A stretch of DNA of 64,000 bases from Piromyces finnis finn (Eukaryota > Fungi > Neocallimastigomycota), in contig MCFH01000062.1 in assembly GCA_002104945.1 (NCBI GenBank), forward strand, positions 1 through 64,000. Reading direction: 5' to 3'. The position numbers and the translations under genes are program-made. The notes under the pieces are model-generated. The model saw nothing but the letters and a program-made list of their open reading frames with translations, did no database searches and had not been told where the DNA came from. The first letter of the stretch is position 1. Every line of letters starts with the position of its first letter. Shown piece by piece: positions 40,031-50,971 of this stretch.

Positions 40031-41152
40031 TTATTTATTATTGCCTGGTTTATATTCAGATCCTTTCTTTAATGTAGTAATTATATATTCTTTTATCTCA
40101 TATTCAGTAGGCATTTCTCCAAGTTTTGTTTTGAAAGCTTTAATGATGGTTAATAAGTATAATTCACCTATGTATCCAACTAATTCAGAGGCTTCCTCAC
40201 CTGTGACTTTATTATTTTTAGTAGCTGTTTTAGATTTCTTTTTATAAATACTTTTAATTATTTTCTTTAATCTTGAATCATTTTCACCAAATATTGTTTT
40301 TACAATGCTACTAACATATTCTTGATCTAAATTAATACCATATACACCTGAAATACTTGTTATCATACATACTATGTTATTAATTAATTCCTTATTTTTA
40401 GTAATTTCTTTTGATTCTTCCATTAAATATTTAATTATTTTCTGTACTTTTTCTTTCTTTAAGTCTAAAGAAACTTTTTGTGATGCAATGAATGCATTTT
40501 GTATTATTGGTATTATAATATTATTTGTAAGAAGAACCAATTCAATAAGATTTTTTGGTTTTATTTCATGTCCACCTTCTAATTTAATAGGTATTGATTG
40601 AACTCGCATGACATTCAAGTCTGGAAATGTTTCTTTAGCCTTTGCTTGTAATCCATTGTCAAATGTATAACATTTAGTAATTACTATAATAACTGGCATA
40701 TATTCTAATAACATTTTAATTAATTCTTCTTCTCCTTCTTCAATTCTTGCAGATCCTTCTGCTATACAAACCCATGCAACATGAAGATGTTTACGTATAT
40801 CAGAATTTGCCTTTCGATTCTCAACATACTCTTTAAGATCACCAATAATTTGATTATATTCTTTTAATTCAAGACCTTTTGAATCAATGATAGAAAGAGG
40901 CAAACCTTCTTTTGAAATTTCCGTAATTTCTTGAGTAACTGGTTTTCCTGTTCCTGTTTGTGCAAGATTATCATGGAATATAGAATTAATTAAAGTACTT
41001 TTTCCCACACCAGTTTTACCTGCTATTAAAATATTTACTTTTCCTATTTCATTTCTAAAACTTTTAATTGCATTTTCAACCATATCTGAATAATTATATG
41101 TGGTGGTAGAACTAACTGGTTCTACTTTATCTTCCATTTTATTATTATCCAT
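40031..41152 (-). CDS. GTPase array gene 3: P-loop GTPase resembling bacterial GTPase-DUF697 proteins
   Basis: Intronless, 373 aa: GKTGVGKST, TGTGKPVT, DSKG, HVAWVCI, ITK, AFIASQKVSLDLKK. Confidence 0.88.
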   Translation of the reverse strand: MDNNKMEDKVEPVSSTTTYNYSDMVENAIKSFRNEIGKVNILIAGKTGVGKSTLINSIFHDNLAQTGTGKPVTQEITEISKEGLPLSIIDSKGLELKEYNQIIGDLKEYVENRKANSDIRKHLHVAWVCIAEGSARIEEGEEELIKMLLEYMPVIIVITKCYTFDNGLQAKAKETFPDLNVMRVQSIPIKLEGGHEIKPKNLIELVLLTNNIIIPIIQNAFIASQKVSLDLKKEKVQKIIKYLMEESKEITKNKELINNIVCMITSISGVYGINLDQEYVSSIVKTIFGENDSRLKKIIKSIYKKKSKTATKNNKVTGEEASELVGYIGELYLLTIIKAFKTKLGEMPTEYEIKEYIITTLKKGSEYKPGNNK

Positions 41153-42360
41153 TATTGTTTATTCTTTGTGTAATATTTTATTATAGAAAAGCAATATAAA
41201 ATAAAACATGTAATAAAAAAATATAAATATAAATATAAATATAATATTAAGTTTATAAATTTAAATTATTTAAAAAATATAATTTATTAATATAATTTAT
41301 TTTAGAATCTTTTTATATTAGTTTTAAAAAATTATACTTTTAAATTGAATGATATACAATAAAAGTATATAATGTATGGGAGAATGTTATAAGTTAGTAA
41401 TACAAATTATTATTAATATTTATAATATATTTTTTATAAATAAATATTTTTTATTTTATGTTTATTAAAATACATATATGAAATGAATATTTTATTATAA
41501 ATATAAAATAATTTTAAATTACAGACTAACTTTTAAATCTTCTTTAATGTATGAGTAATTAATATTATTATTGTTCATTTCTTTTCTTTTCTTTTTTTTT
41601 TGTATAAATGTCATTGAAAAACTATTAATTGATACTTTTAATACTATTTTTGAAATAAATATTATTAGAAATAAAAATCATTATTATTTATTAATTAAAA
41701 ATAAGATTTTTATAAATATCTAGTTTATTTTATGATAAAACTAAAAATCATTAAAGTTATTATTAGTGAATTTATGTATTTATGTAAAATTATAAAACTA
41801 TTAATTATATAAAAACATTTTCTTTTATAATTAACAGAAGATATATTAAAGAATTAATTATAAATCCTATATTATATAACTTATAAATATATAACTTATA
41901 AATGTATTTATAGTTAATAAATACATTTTATTAACTATAAATACCCAACATTATAAAGTATTTATAATTACTTACAATTTATTTTAATTCATTACTTAAA
42001 TACTATTTTATTACTTTGATGATATAATAATATTTTGGAATTTGACTTTTTGGATATAAATAATTAAAAAAAATTTTTTTATTAAAAACTTCTTTGATAA
42101 AATTATATATAGAGATATTAATAAATAGTTATAAAATTCAATTTCATGGTGTATGTGTGTATGTATGTGTGTATTTGTAATATATTGACTCTTATAACTA
42201 ATAATAATATAATAAAATAAAAAAATAAAAAAAAAAAAAAAAACAATTCCAAAAAAAAATTATTAAATTCAACAATTTAATAATAATTTATTAAATTATT
42301 TGAAATATATTATTTATTATATTAATGGTAATTATTTTATTATTATATTTATATAAATTA

Positions 42361-44049
42361 TTATAATTTATTTTCATTAACAAACATTTCAGACCTTGAT
42401 ACACATATTTGAATTCCAATATTATTAATGGTACTTACAATATTATTTTTATCATTATTTAGTATTACTGATTTTTTAAAATATTTTTTTAATATTGGAA
42501 TATCATTTAATATAAATTTTATATTTTTATGTATATTATTCTTATCACTTTTATTATTTATCTTTATAGTATCAACAGTTTTTAAAAGATTGCCATCATT
42601 TAATTTAAATAATTCTTTAAAGTCTTCAAACATTTCATTTTTAATATTTTCCATTATTTCATGTGATTTTGATTCTTTTCTTATAAATGTTAAAACTGTT
42701 AATGATGCTATAGTATAATAATCAGTAATATAAAATCCTTGTTTCAATTTATTGTTAAATTCATTAGTACTTTCTGCGTCACACCATAAATCAATCATAT
42801 CTTCAAAGTTTTGAATATTATTATAAACTAAATTAAGTAATAAATCTTTCTTTAAAATACTTTTACAATTTATATCGCTTTTATTTATCATTTTACATAT
42901 TATTGATAAAATATTATAACAAATTATAAAAAAATTAATAGCAGTTTTCAATGTTTTTTCTATGTTAGTTTTTTTATCTTCAGTTTCTGATGAAATTTCA
43001 CCAATTTTTTCTTTTTTAATATTTGATAAACATTCTTCTTTGTTTCTTAATTTTATTGTACTAATAATTCTTTTTAAAATGTATTTCATTATTTCAAAAT
43101 TATTATTTGATAAATCAATAGTTGATGTATTTAATTGAATTTCACCCAAAAGAAATATATTTTTAATTTTATCTATGAAATCCTTATTAGGCTTTATGGA
43201 TTCTTCTATAAATGCTTGTAAAATTGTGATGATGAAATCAATTTTAATTTTATTTATATAATTTTTTATTTTAGTATTTGAATCAAGTGATAATGCAGTT
43301 GCCAAACTAATTGTATAATAACTTATTTTTCTTATAATATCTTCAATATTTACTGATTTATTTAATAAAATTTCATTAGAGATCGGTAGTTTTATGTTAC
43401 ATTCTTTTTTTTCGTTTTTATTATCGATGAATTCACTATGAAAAGTAACATAATTATCATTATTATCAATAGGAATTCCAAGAATTTCATTGGTATAATT
43501 TGTAAGTTTGGTTATATTTTTTGGTTTGATTTTATATCCATCCTCTAATGTTGTTTCTATGGAGTTAACATCAACAAATTTTTTTGCATTAGTACATATT
43601 TTTTCTATTTCTTTTAAAAAGTCTTGATTAAATAAAGACTTTGTTATTACAACAATAACCGGAACATACTTTGAAAGCATATTTACTAAATCTATTTCTA
43701 TATCTTCAACACGACCTGACCCTTCAGAAATACATACCCATGCAATATGAATATTCATATTCTTATCAATTATAGTTACATTTCTTTCATTTAAAAAATT
43801 TTTAATATTTTCAATAACCTCATCATAACTCTGTATTGTTACACCTTTCGTATCATAAAGCGAATATAGTTTATTTTCGATTGTATAATTTATAATATAT
43901 TCTGTTATTGGACTTCCTATGCCTGTTTGTGCAAGATCTTTATTAAGTACAGCATTTATTAAAGTACTTTTTCCAACACCTGTTTTTCCAACAACTAATA
44001 TGTTTATTTTTTCGAATTTGTTTTCTATAATATTATCTTTTTCTTCCAT
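42361..44049 (-). CDS. GTPase array gene 4: P-loop GTPase with an extended helical C-terminus
   Basis: Intronless, 562 aa: GKTGVGKST, TGIGSPIT, DTKG, HIAWVCI, ITK. Confidence 0.88.
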   Translation of the reverse strand: MEEKDNIIENKFEKINILVVGKTGVGKSTLINAVLNKDLAQTGIGSPITEYIINYTIENKLYSLYDTKGVTIQSYDEVIENIKNFLNERNVTIIDKNMNIHIAWVCISEGSGRVEDIEIDLVNMLSKYVPVIVVITKSLFNQDFLKEIEKICTNAKKFVDVNSIETTLEDGYKIKPKNITKLTNYTNEILGIPIDNNDNYVTFHSEFIDNKNEKKECNIKLPISNEILLNKSVNIEDIIRKISYYTISLATALSLDSNTKIKNYINKIKIDFIITILQAFIEESIKPNKDFIDKIKNIFLLGEIQLNTSTIDLSNNNFEIMKYILKRIISTIKLRNKEECLSNIKKEKIGEISSETEDKKTNIEKTLKTAINFFIICYNILSIICKMINKSDINCKSILKKDLLLNLVYNNIQNFEDMIDLWCDAESTNEFNNKLKQGFYITDYYTIASLTVLTFIRKESKSHEIMENIKNEMFEDFKELFKLNDGNLLKTVDTIKINNKSDKNNIHKNIKFILNDIPILKKYFKKSVILNNDKNNIVSTINNIGIQICVSRSEMFVNENKL

Positions 44050-45050
44050 TATATTATATTATATTATATTATATCATATATATATATCATATGCATTACA
44101 TTTAAATAAATATTGATTTATTAAGAATAGTTAATAAAAATAGTTTAAAATCCTACAACTAATAATGATACTTTTAAACTTTTTAATATTTTTTAGTATT
44201 AATAAAAATACATTTGTAAATTAATATTTAATATATTTATATATTTCAAATAGAGTTTGAATTATTAATTGTTATATTTTTAAAATAAGAATTATAAAAG
44301 TCGCTTTTATTAAATATTACTTCCTAAAAATACCTTAAGGTTTCTAAATATACAATATAATTATTTGTGTTATTTTTATTAATTATATATAATTTCAACT
44401 TAATTATTGTAGTTTGGTTATATTGATTTTGATAATTTGTAATTATAATATTAAATATTAATATTTTTAAATATTTTAAATTTAATTATTAATTTCTTAT
44501 GAAAATGAGAAAGTCCAATATACATTATTCATTTTATATTTAAAAATAATAAAAATCAAATATACATTTCACTATCTTTCAATATTTTCATTGAAAATTA
44601 GAAAAAATTACATATATTAAAATTATTATTTATAAGGAATACACATAATTAATAGTAATATTGTAACTAGTTTTTATTTATTGAAGTTTTTTTTTTTTTT
44701 TTTGAATTACTTTTTTATACTATTAATATTATATTTCAATTTAAAAATGTTGTTACCAAATTTATTATTAAAAATCTTACAAAAAGTTTAATTTTAAACT
44801 TTTTAAAATAATCTATACCATTAACTTTAAAATATTTTACAAATTTTAAAATTTATTTTTTTAAAAAAAAAAATATAACTATTTCTTTAGATTTACATTA
44901 AATAATTATTGTCAATTTTAAAATTATTTAAATCTATATTTAAATTATCACTATAAAATTTTATTATAAATATTTTTATTAATATTATATTTATTTTAAA
45001 CTTTGAATTATATAATTTCTATTTATGTTTTTCTTTAAAGGATATTATTT

Positions 45051-46172
45051 TTAATTAGTATTTAATTTCTCAGTACCTTTATTTAAAGTGTTAACAATAT
45101 ATTGCAAAATTTCACTTTCAGTAGGCATTTCTCCAAGTTTTGTTTTGAAAGATTTAATAATGGTTAATAAGTATAATTCACCTATGTATCCAACTAATTC
45201 AGAGGCTTCCTCACCTGTGACTTTATTATTTTTAGTAGCTGTTTTAGATTTCTTTTTATAAATACTTTTAATTATTTTCTTTAATCTTGAATCATTTTCA
45301 CCGAATATTATTTTTACAATATCGTTAACAAATTCCATTTTTAAATAGAAACCGTACACCCCAGAAATACTTGTTATCATATATACTATGTTATTAATCA
45401 ATTCTGAATTTTTAGTAATTCCTTTAGAATCTTTCATAAGATATTTAATTAAGCTTTCTGCTTGTTGTTTCTTTAAATCTAAAGAAACTTTTTGTGATGC
45501 AATGAATGCATTTTGTATTATTGGTATTATAATATTATTTGTAAGAAGAACCAATTCAACAAGATTTTTTGGTTTTATTTCATGTCCACCTTCTAATTTA
45601 ATAGGTATTGATTGAACTCGCATGACATTCAAGTCTGGAAATGTTTCTTTAGCCTTTGCTTGTAATCCATTGTCAAATGTATAACATTTAGTAATTACTA
45701 TAATAACTGGCATATATTCTAATAACATTTTAATTAATTCTTCTTCTCCTTCTTCAATTCTTGCAGATCCTTCTGCTATACAAACCCATGCAACATGAAG
45801 ATGTTTACGTATATCAGAATTTGCCTTTCGATTCTCAACATACTCTTTAAGATCACCAATAATTTGATTATATTCTTTTAATTCAAGACCTTTTGAATCA
45901 ATGATAGAAAGAGGCAAACCTTCTTTTGAAATTTCCGTAATTTCTTGAGTAACTGGTTTTCCTGTTCCTGTTTGTGCAAGATTATCATGGAATATAGAAT
46001 TAATTAAAGTACTTTTTCCCACACCAGTTTTACCTGCTATTAAAATATTTACTTTTCCTATTTCACTTCTAAAACTTTTAATTGCATTTTCTACTATATT
46101 TGAATAATTGCTTGTAGAAGTATCACTTTTTTCTGGTGACTCTTCAATTTTTAATGTTGGATTATCACTCAT
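45051..46172 (-). CDS. GTPase array gene 5: recent paralogue of gene 3
   Basis: Intronless, 373 aa. The GTPase domain is identical to gene 3 except for one I/V change. Confidence 0.88.
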   Translation of the reverse strand: MSDNPTLKIEESPEKSDTSTSNYSNIVENAIKSFRSEIGKVNILIAGKTGVGKSTLINSIFHDNLAQTGTGKPVTQEITEISKEGLPLSIIDSKGLELKEYNQIIGDLKEYVENRKANSDIRKHLHVAWVCIAEGSARIEEGEEELIKMLLEYMPVIIVITKCYTFDNGLQAKAKETFPDLNVMRVQSIPIKLEGGHEIKPKNLVELVLLTNNIIIPIIQNAFIASQKVSLDLKKQQAESLIKYLMKDSKGITKNSELINNIVYMITSISGVYGFYLKMEFVNDIVKIIFGENDSRLKKIIKSIYKKKSKTATKNNKVTGEEASELVGYIGELYLLTIIKSFKTKLGEMPTESEILQYIVNTLNKGTEKLNTN

Positions 46173-46710
46173 TTTATTTTTAAAAAAAAATTTAAAATAT
46201 TAATATATTTTAAAATAAAATGAAAAATTAAAAAGAAATAAAAATTGATTTTATCGCTTTATAGATACATTCAAAAGTTTTTCATTATTTTAATATAAGA
46301 TTATAAAATTATTTAAATATTTCTCCCAAATATATATGTAAAAGAGGGAAAATGTTTAAATATTAATATAATAATAATAATGATTATTTTTAAATTATAG
46401 TATTAATAAAAATAAAAGTTTATATACATTAGTAATTATTTATATTAATTAATTGTCTTTTATTTTGTTTATAATTATTTTTTAAAAATGGATAAGTACT
46501 AAATGATATATAATTAGTATAATTAATAACTATAATCCAATTAAAAGTAATATGAAATGAAATATATAAAGTGTACCCATAATATGATGAAGTGAATTAA
46601 ATATCATATAGATTGAGGAATATAGTTTAAATATAAACCACTCAAATATATTATTAAAATTAATATAAAATAATTAACTTTATATAATAATAATATAATA
46701 ATAATTGTTA

Positions 46711-47904
46711 ACATTTGATATGAAATTAATATGTCTAGCTACATATTAGCCAATATTTAAAATAATTTTTATTATTTAAAATATTCAATTTCATCTTTAA
46801 AAATTTATATATAATATTTCATAATAATAATATAATAATTGATATATATTATAATACATTATTTATATATTAGTTATAGAATTCATGTACATATTTCATT
46901 ATATTCTTAAATATTAATATTATATATTAGTATTAATTTTATTGTAATACTTATTTGTATTACATTACCTTTCCTTATATAGTAATATTTCATATAAAAT
47001 GTAAAATATATTATATTATATCCTATTTAATTATTATTCATATATTATGAATACATTACATTATATAATTGATATTCAATTATATTATAGGAATTTTATA
47101 ATATAAAAATATTCATGTAAAAATAATTAATAATTAGAGAGAAGAGCTTTAATAATTAATAAGAAAATATTATAAGTGAAATTATTAATAAGAGAGAAGT
47201 TAATAGTAATAAAATATTTTTCACCTAATATAATAAATTATAAATAAACTAATATTAAATTACTACAACATAAAAGAAACTTATATCACATTTATGGACA
47301 CATGATTTTATTTATCTATATCATATATATATGTACACACGTGACTATTTTATAAAAATGAAATGTTGTTTTTTATTTATTTTATTTTATTATATATGGT
47401 CACATATCCATACATCTGATATATGTTTCTTTTATGTTGTTGTAATTTAATAGTAGTTTATTTATAATTTATTATATTAGATGAAAATAATTTATTATTA
47501 TAATTCTTCTTTCTAAATAATTTCACTTCCTTTATTATTATATTTTATTATTAATTATAATTAAATATAATTGAATATCAATTATATAAAATAGTGAATT
47601 CATAATATAGATAATATAGGAATAATAATTAAATTGTATATAATATATTTAATACTATAAAAATAATGTAATACAAATTAATATTACAATAAAATGTAAC
47701 TCTACTAATAATAAATATTAATATAAGAATGTAATGAAATATGTACATGTATTCTATAATTAATATATAAATAATGTACTATAATGTATATCAATTATTA
47801 TATTATTATTATTATAGGAAATTGAATATTTTAAATAATAAAAATTATTTTAAATAGGACTAATAAGGTAGACATATTAAGTTTATATCACATCTTATTA
47901 TGTA
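46711..47904. repeat. About 1.2-kb imperfect palindrome (foldback or MITE-like)
   Basis: Several arm segments are reverse complements. The left arm tatttaaaataatttttattatttaaaatattcaatttc (~46754-46792) matches the right arm at ~47818-47856 exactly, and ~47258-47300 pairs with ~47407-47448. The centre lies near 47350. Confidence 0.85.
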
Positions 47905-48482
47905 ACTGTAATATTTACAATGTAATTTTTTCACTTTGTTATTAATAAAATTATTCATTAATTAAATATATTTCACAACAACAACAACAACAACAACAAT
48001 AATAATAATAATTTTAAATAAAATAAATAGTAGAAAAATATCTAAATAAAAAACAATAGTTCATTAAAAATAATATTAAAAATAATAAATACAAATATGT
48101 AAAACTTCTTTTTTAAGTAATTGGAAATTGAACATTATCATATATATAATTAATTTTATTGTTTAAAGTAAAGTAATTGTTATTATGTTATTATTATGAT
48201 TTACTCTATGTTTTTTCATAATATATCATAACTGTTATACTTTTATTATTTTTTTATTGTTGGTTTTTATTAAATTTTTTTTTGATTCTCATCTATTATT
48301 AATTTTTTTTAATATTAATTATAAACAATTATTATTTTATTTATATACAAAAAGAATTTATTTTAAATAAATAATTAAAATTAATATTAAATGATTTATT
48401 TATTTCAACAAAATCTTCAGTAATAATTATTTTACATAATAAAGTATTAAGTTATAAAAATAAAATTAAACAATTTTTTTTT

Positions 48483-50381
48483 CTATGAATTTTCAATATT
48501 GTTATTTGATATACAATAACCTTCACTTGAACAAACTAAACCATCAGAACAACTTTTATTATCGTTATTAGGACCGCATCCAAAATATATATTGTCTTGG
48601 GAAAATACTATTTGTTTTCCATTATTAATTAATATATTTGGATTTCCTTCTTTAATTCCATTAATGACATTCTTTATTCCAACTTTATTTAAATATTTCA
48701 ACATTGTTTTGGAATTGAAATTTATTTTCGGATTTTCACTCATGATGGTGGCAGCAACACCAACTACAATTGGTGAAGAGTAGGATGTTCCTGCATCAAC
48801 CTCAGTATGACTTTTTCCTTCTTTATCTTGATATGAAACTCTTACATAACCTGGTGCATGAATATCAACCTTTCTTCCATAATTGGTAAAATATGTTACT
48901 TCATAGTTTTCCGTATTCATGGTTTTATTTTTGAATTCGGCTGATAAATTATCTTTTAACATTAAATATTGCATATGTAATTCATTCTCTTTATTTCTTA
49001 ATTCATAGGAATATTTTAAATTTAATTGTTTATTTATTTCGTCAATTTTTTTTTTAAGTATATTTAAAGGATTTTTTCCATAATTATCTATAGCCCCGAC
49101 ACAAATGACATTTTCATAGGAACATGGATAAAAGAATGGCTTACCATTTCTATCAACTTGAATATTTTCATTACCAGCGGAAGCTACGAAAATTGCACCT
49201 TCTTCAACTAATTCATTAATAAACTCTTCCCAATAATCAATTATATATTTATCCTTTTCTTTCAAATAATTTAAAGCAATACCATAAGAAAAATTAAAAA
49301 TAGCTTTATAAGGTCTAAATAAACTATCACGAATATGTTGCATTGCTGCAATAAAATAAGATAATAAAATAACAACAGAGTCAGAACAAAAAGAAGGATC
49401 ATCCATATTTGGATCTACATTTGTATCAACATCTTCATCACCTTCATCAACCATTGCAATACCATATATATTAGCTTTAGGGGCTACACCATGATTTAAT
49501 CCACCAACTACATCTGCAATTTTTTCACCATGATATGAATCAGATTTTTCACAAAATTCATCATCATCACTTACAACCACTTTCGCATTTTCTACTTTAA
49601 AAGCGCATTTAGTAACACGATCATCTTTATTTGCAAATTCAGAATGTTTGAAATTAAATCCATTGTCAATAATAAAAATATCTACATCTTTTCCAGCTGA
49701 ATTTGGATAATAATAGTTTTGATCATACTGACTAATCAATTTATCATTAAATTTTCCTTGTGAAATTAAAGAGAGGTGAGTGTCTGAATTTTTTCTAACA
49801 TTTACTTTTTTCCATTTTGTTTCTTTTTTTACCTTTTTTATATTAACTGAAGCAGAAGCATGTTTTAATTTAACATCTGGGACACATGCCATGACATACG
49901 GTAATTTTTCAATGATTTTAACTACATTATTAGAAAGGTATGAGTAAATAATTGTTTTATCATTCAAAGAGGAGATTGGATATGCAAGTTTAGAATCACT
50001 TTCTCTTTTTTTTTTAAAATTATTTTTCTTTTCCAATAATTTATTTTTTTCCTCAAATTTTTCTAATTTTGTTGTATCTTTATATGTTTTTTTATTATCA
50101 ATAATTATATCATTAATTTCATTTGAAATTTTATTTATAAATATATTTATATCTTCACGTTTATTATTAAGTCCATCATTATTGAAAGTATTATTTACAA
50201 AAATCATATAAAAATCATCATCCCTATTATTATTATTATTATTTGAATTTTTTATAATATTTTTGTATTTTGTAGTTTCATTTTTTGATTCAGAGTTTTT
50301 TGAATGGGCTCTTTTAATTGTAATAAAAATAATTATACTTAAATTTAATAATAAATTAAAAATTTTGTTTTTCATTTTCAT
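48483..50381 (-). CDS. Secreted subtilisin-like serine protease (S8) with a prodomain and a reduced CBM18/hevein-like C-terminal module
   Basis: Signal peptide. Triad motifs IDNG (D), YHGEKIA (H) and AGTSYSSP (S), oxyanion SAGN, and C-terminal CG...C....VCS.EGYC. Confidence 0.9.
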   Translation of the reverse strand: MKMKNKIFNLLLNLSIIIFITIKRAHSKNSESKNETTKYKNIIKNSNNNNNNRDDDFYMIFVNNTFNNDGLNNKREDINIFINKISNEINDIIIDNKKTYKDTTKLEKFEEKNKLLEKKNNFKKKRESDSKLAYPISSLNDKTIIYSYLSNNVVKIIEKLPYVMACVPDVKLKHASASVNIKKVKKETKWKKVNVRKNSDTHLSLISQGKFNDKLISQYDQNYYYPNSAGKDVDIFIIDNGFNFKHSEFANKDDRVTKCAFKVENAKVVVSDDDEFCEKSDSYHGEKIADVVGGLNHGVAPKANIYGIAMVDEGDEDVDTNVDPNMDDPSFCSDSVVILLSYFIAAMQHIRDSLFRPYKAIFNFSYGIALNYLKEKDKYIIDYWEEFINELVEEGAIFVASAGNENIQVDRNGKPFFYPCSYENVICVGAIDNYGKNPLNILKKKIDEINKQLNLKYSYELRNKENELHMQYLMLKDNLSAEFKNKTMNTENYEVTYFTNYGRKVDIHAPGYVRVSYQDKEGKSHTEVDAGTSYSSPIVVGVAATIMSENPKINFNSKTMLKYLNKVGIKNVINGIKEGNPNILINNGKQIVFSQDNIYFGCGPNNDNKSCSDGLVCSSEGYCISNNNIENS

Positions 50382-50971
50382 CTATAATAAATTTAATATT
50401 CTTTAATTTTTTTTTTTTTTTTTTTTTTAATTTTTATTTTTCATTTAAAATTTTTAAAATTCCTAGTATTAACTCTAAATAATATATATATTTTTTTTAT
50501 ATTTTTTTAAAAATTTTAAATTGTTTAAAAATATAAAAAATAATAGATGATGATACTTCTTTCTATATTATTTATGCTATGATATTTTTATTATTTCTTT
50601 TTTTTTCTATAATAAGTATAATGCGGAATAAAATTTATTTAAATGTAGAAGTAGAAGAATACAAAGATAATATAATTATTAATGATCGATAATGAAATAT
50701 ATATATTTAAATTTATTACTTTTTATTTTTTGTTAATTCTTGGAATATTATGTTAGTACTTATTATTATCTCCCAAATTAATAATTATATTATATTGTCT
50801 CCTTAATAAATCCACTTATTTTTAATAAAAAGGTTAACCATGAAATTAAAAAAAAAAAAAATTTGTAATTTTTAAAACTATACACAAGTACTAGTTACAG
50901 ATAATATTTAACATTTTATTGTAACTTTCATAATCATATATAATTAAAAATAGAATAAAAGAACAAATTTT

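Noticed and set aside
41905-41943. 17-bp-arm hairpin between GTPase genes 3 and 4
   Set aside because: It is almost pure A/T in a very AT-rich intergenic region, and nothing else supports a function.
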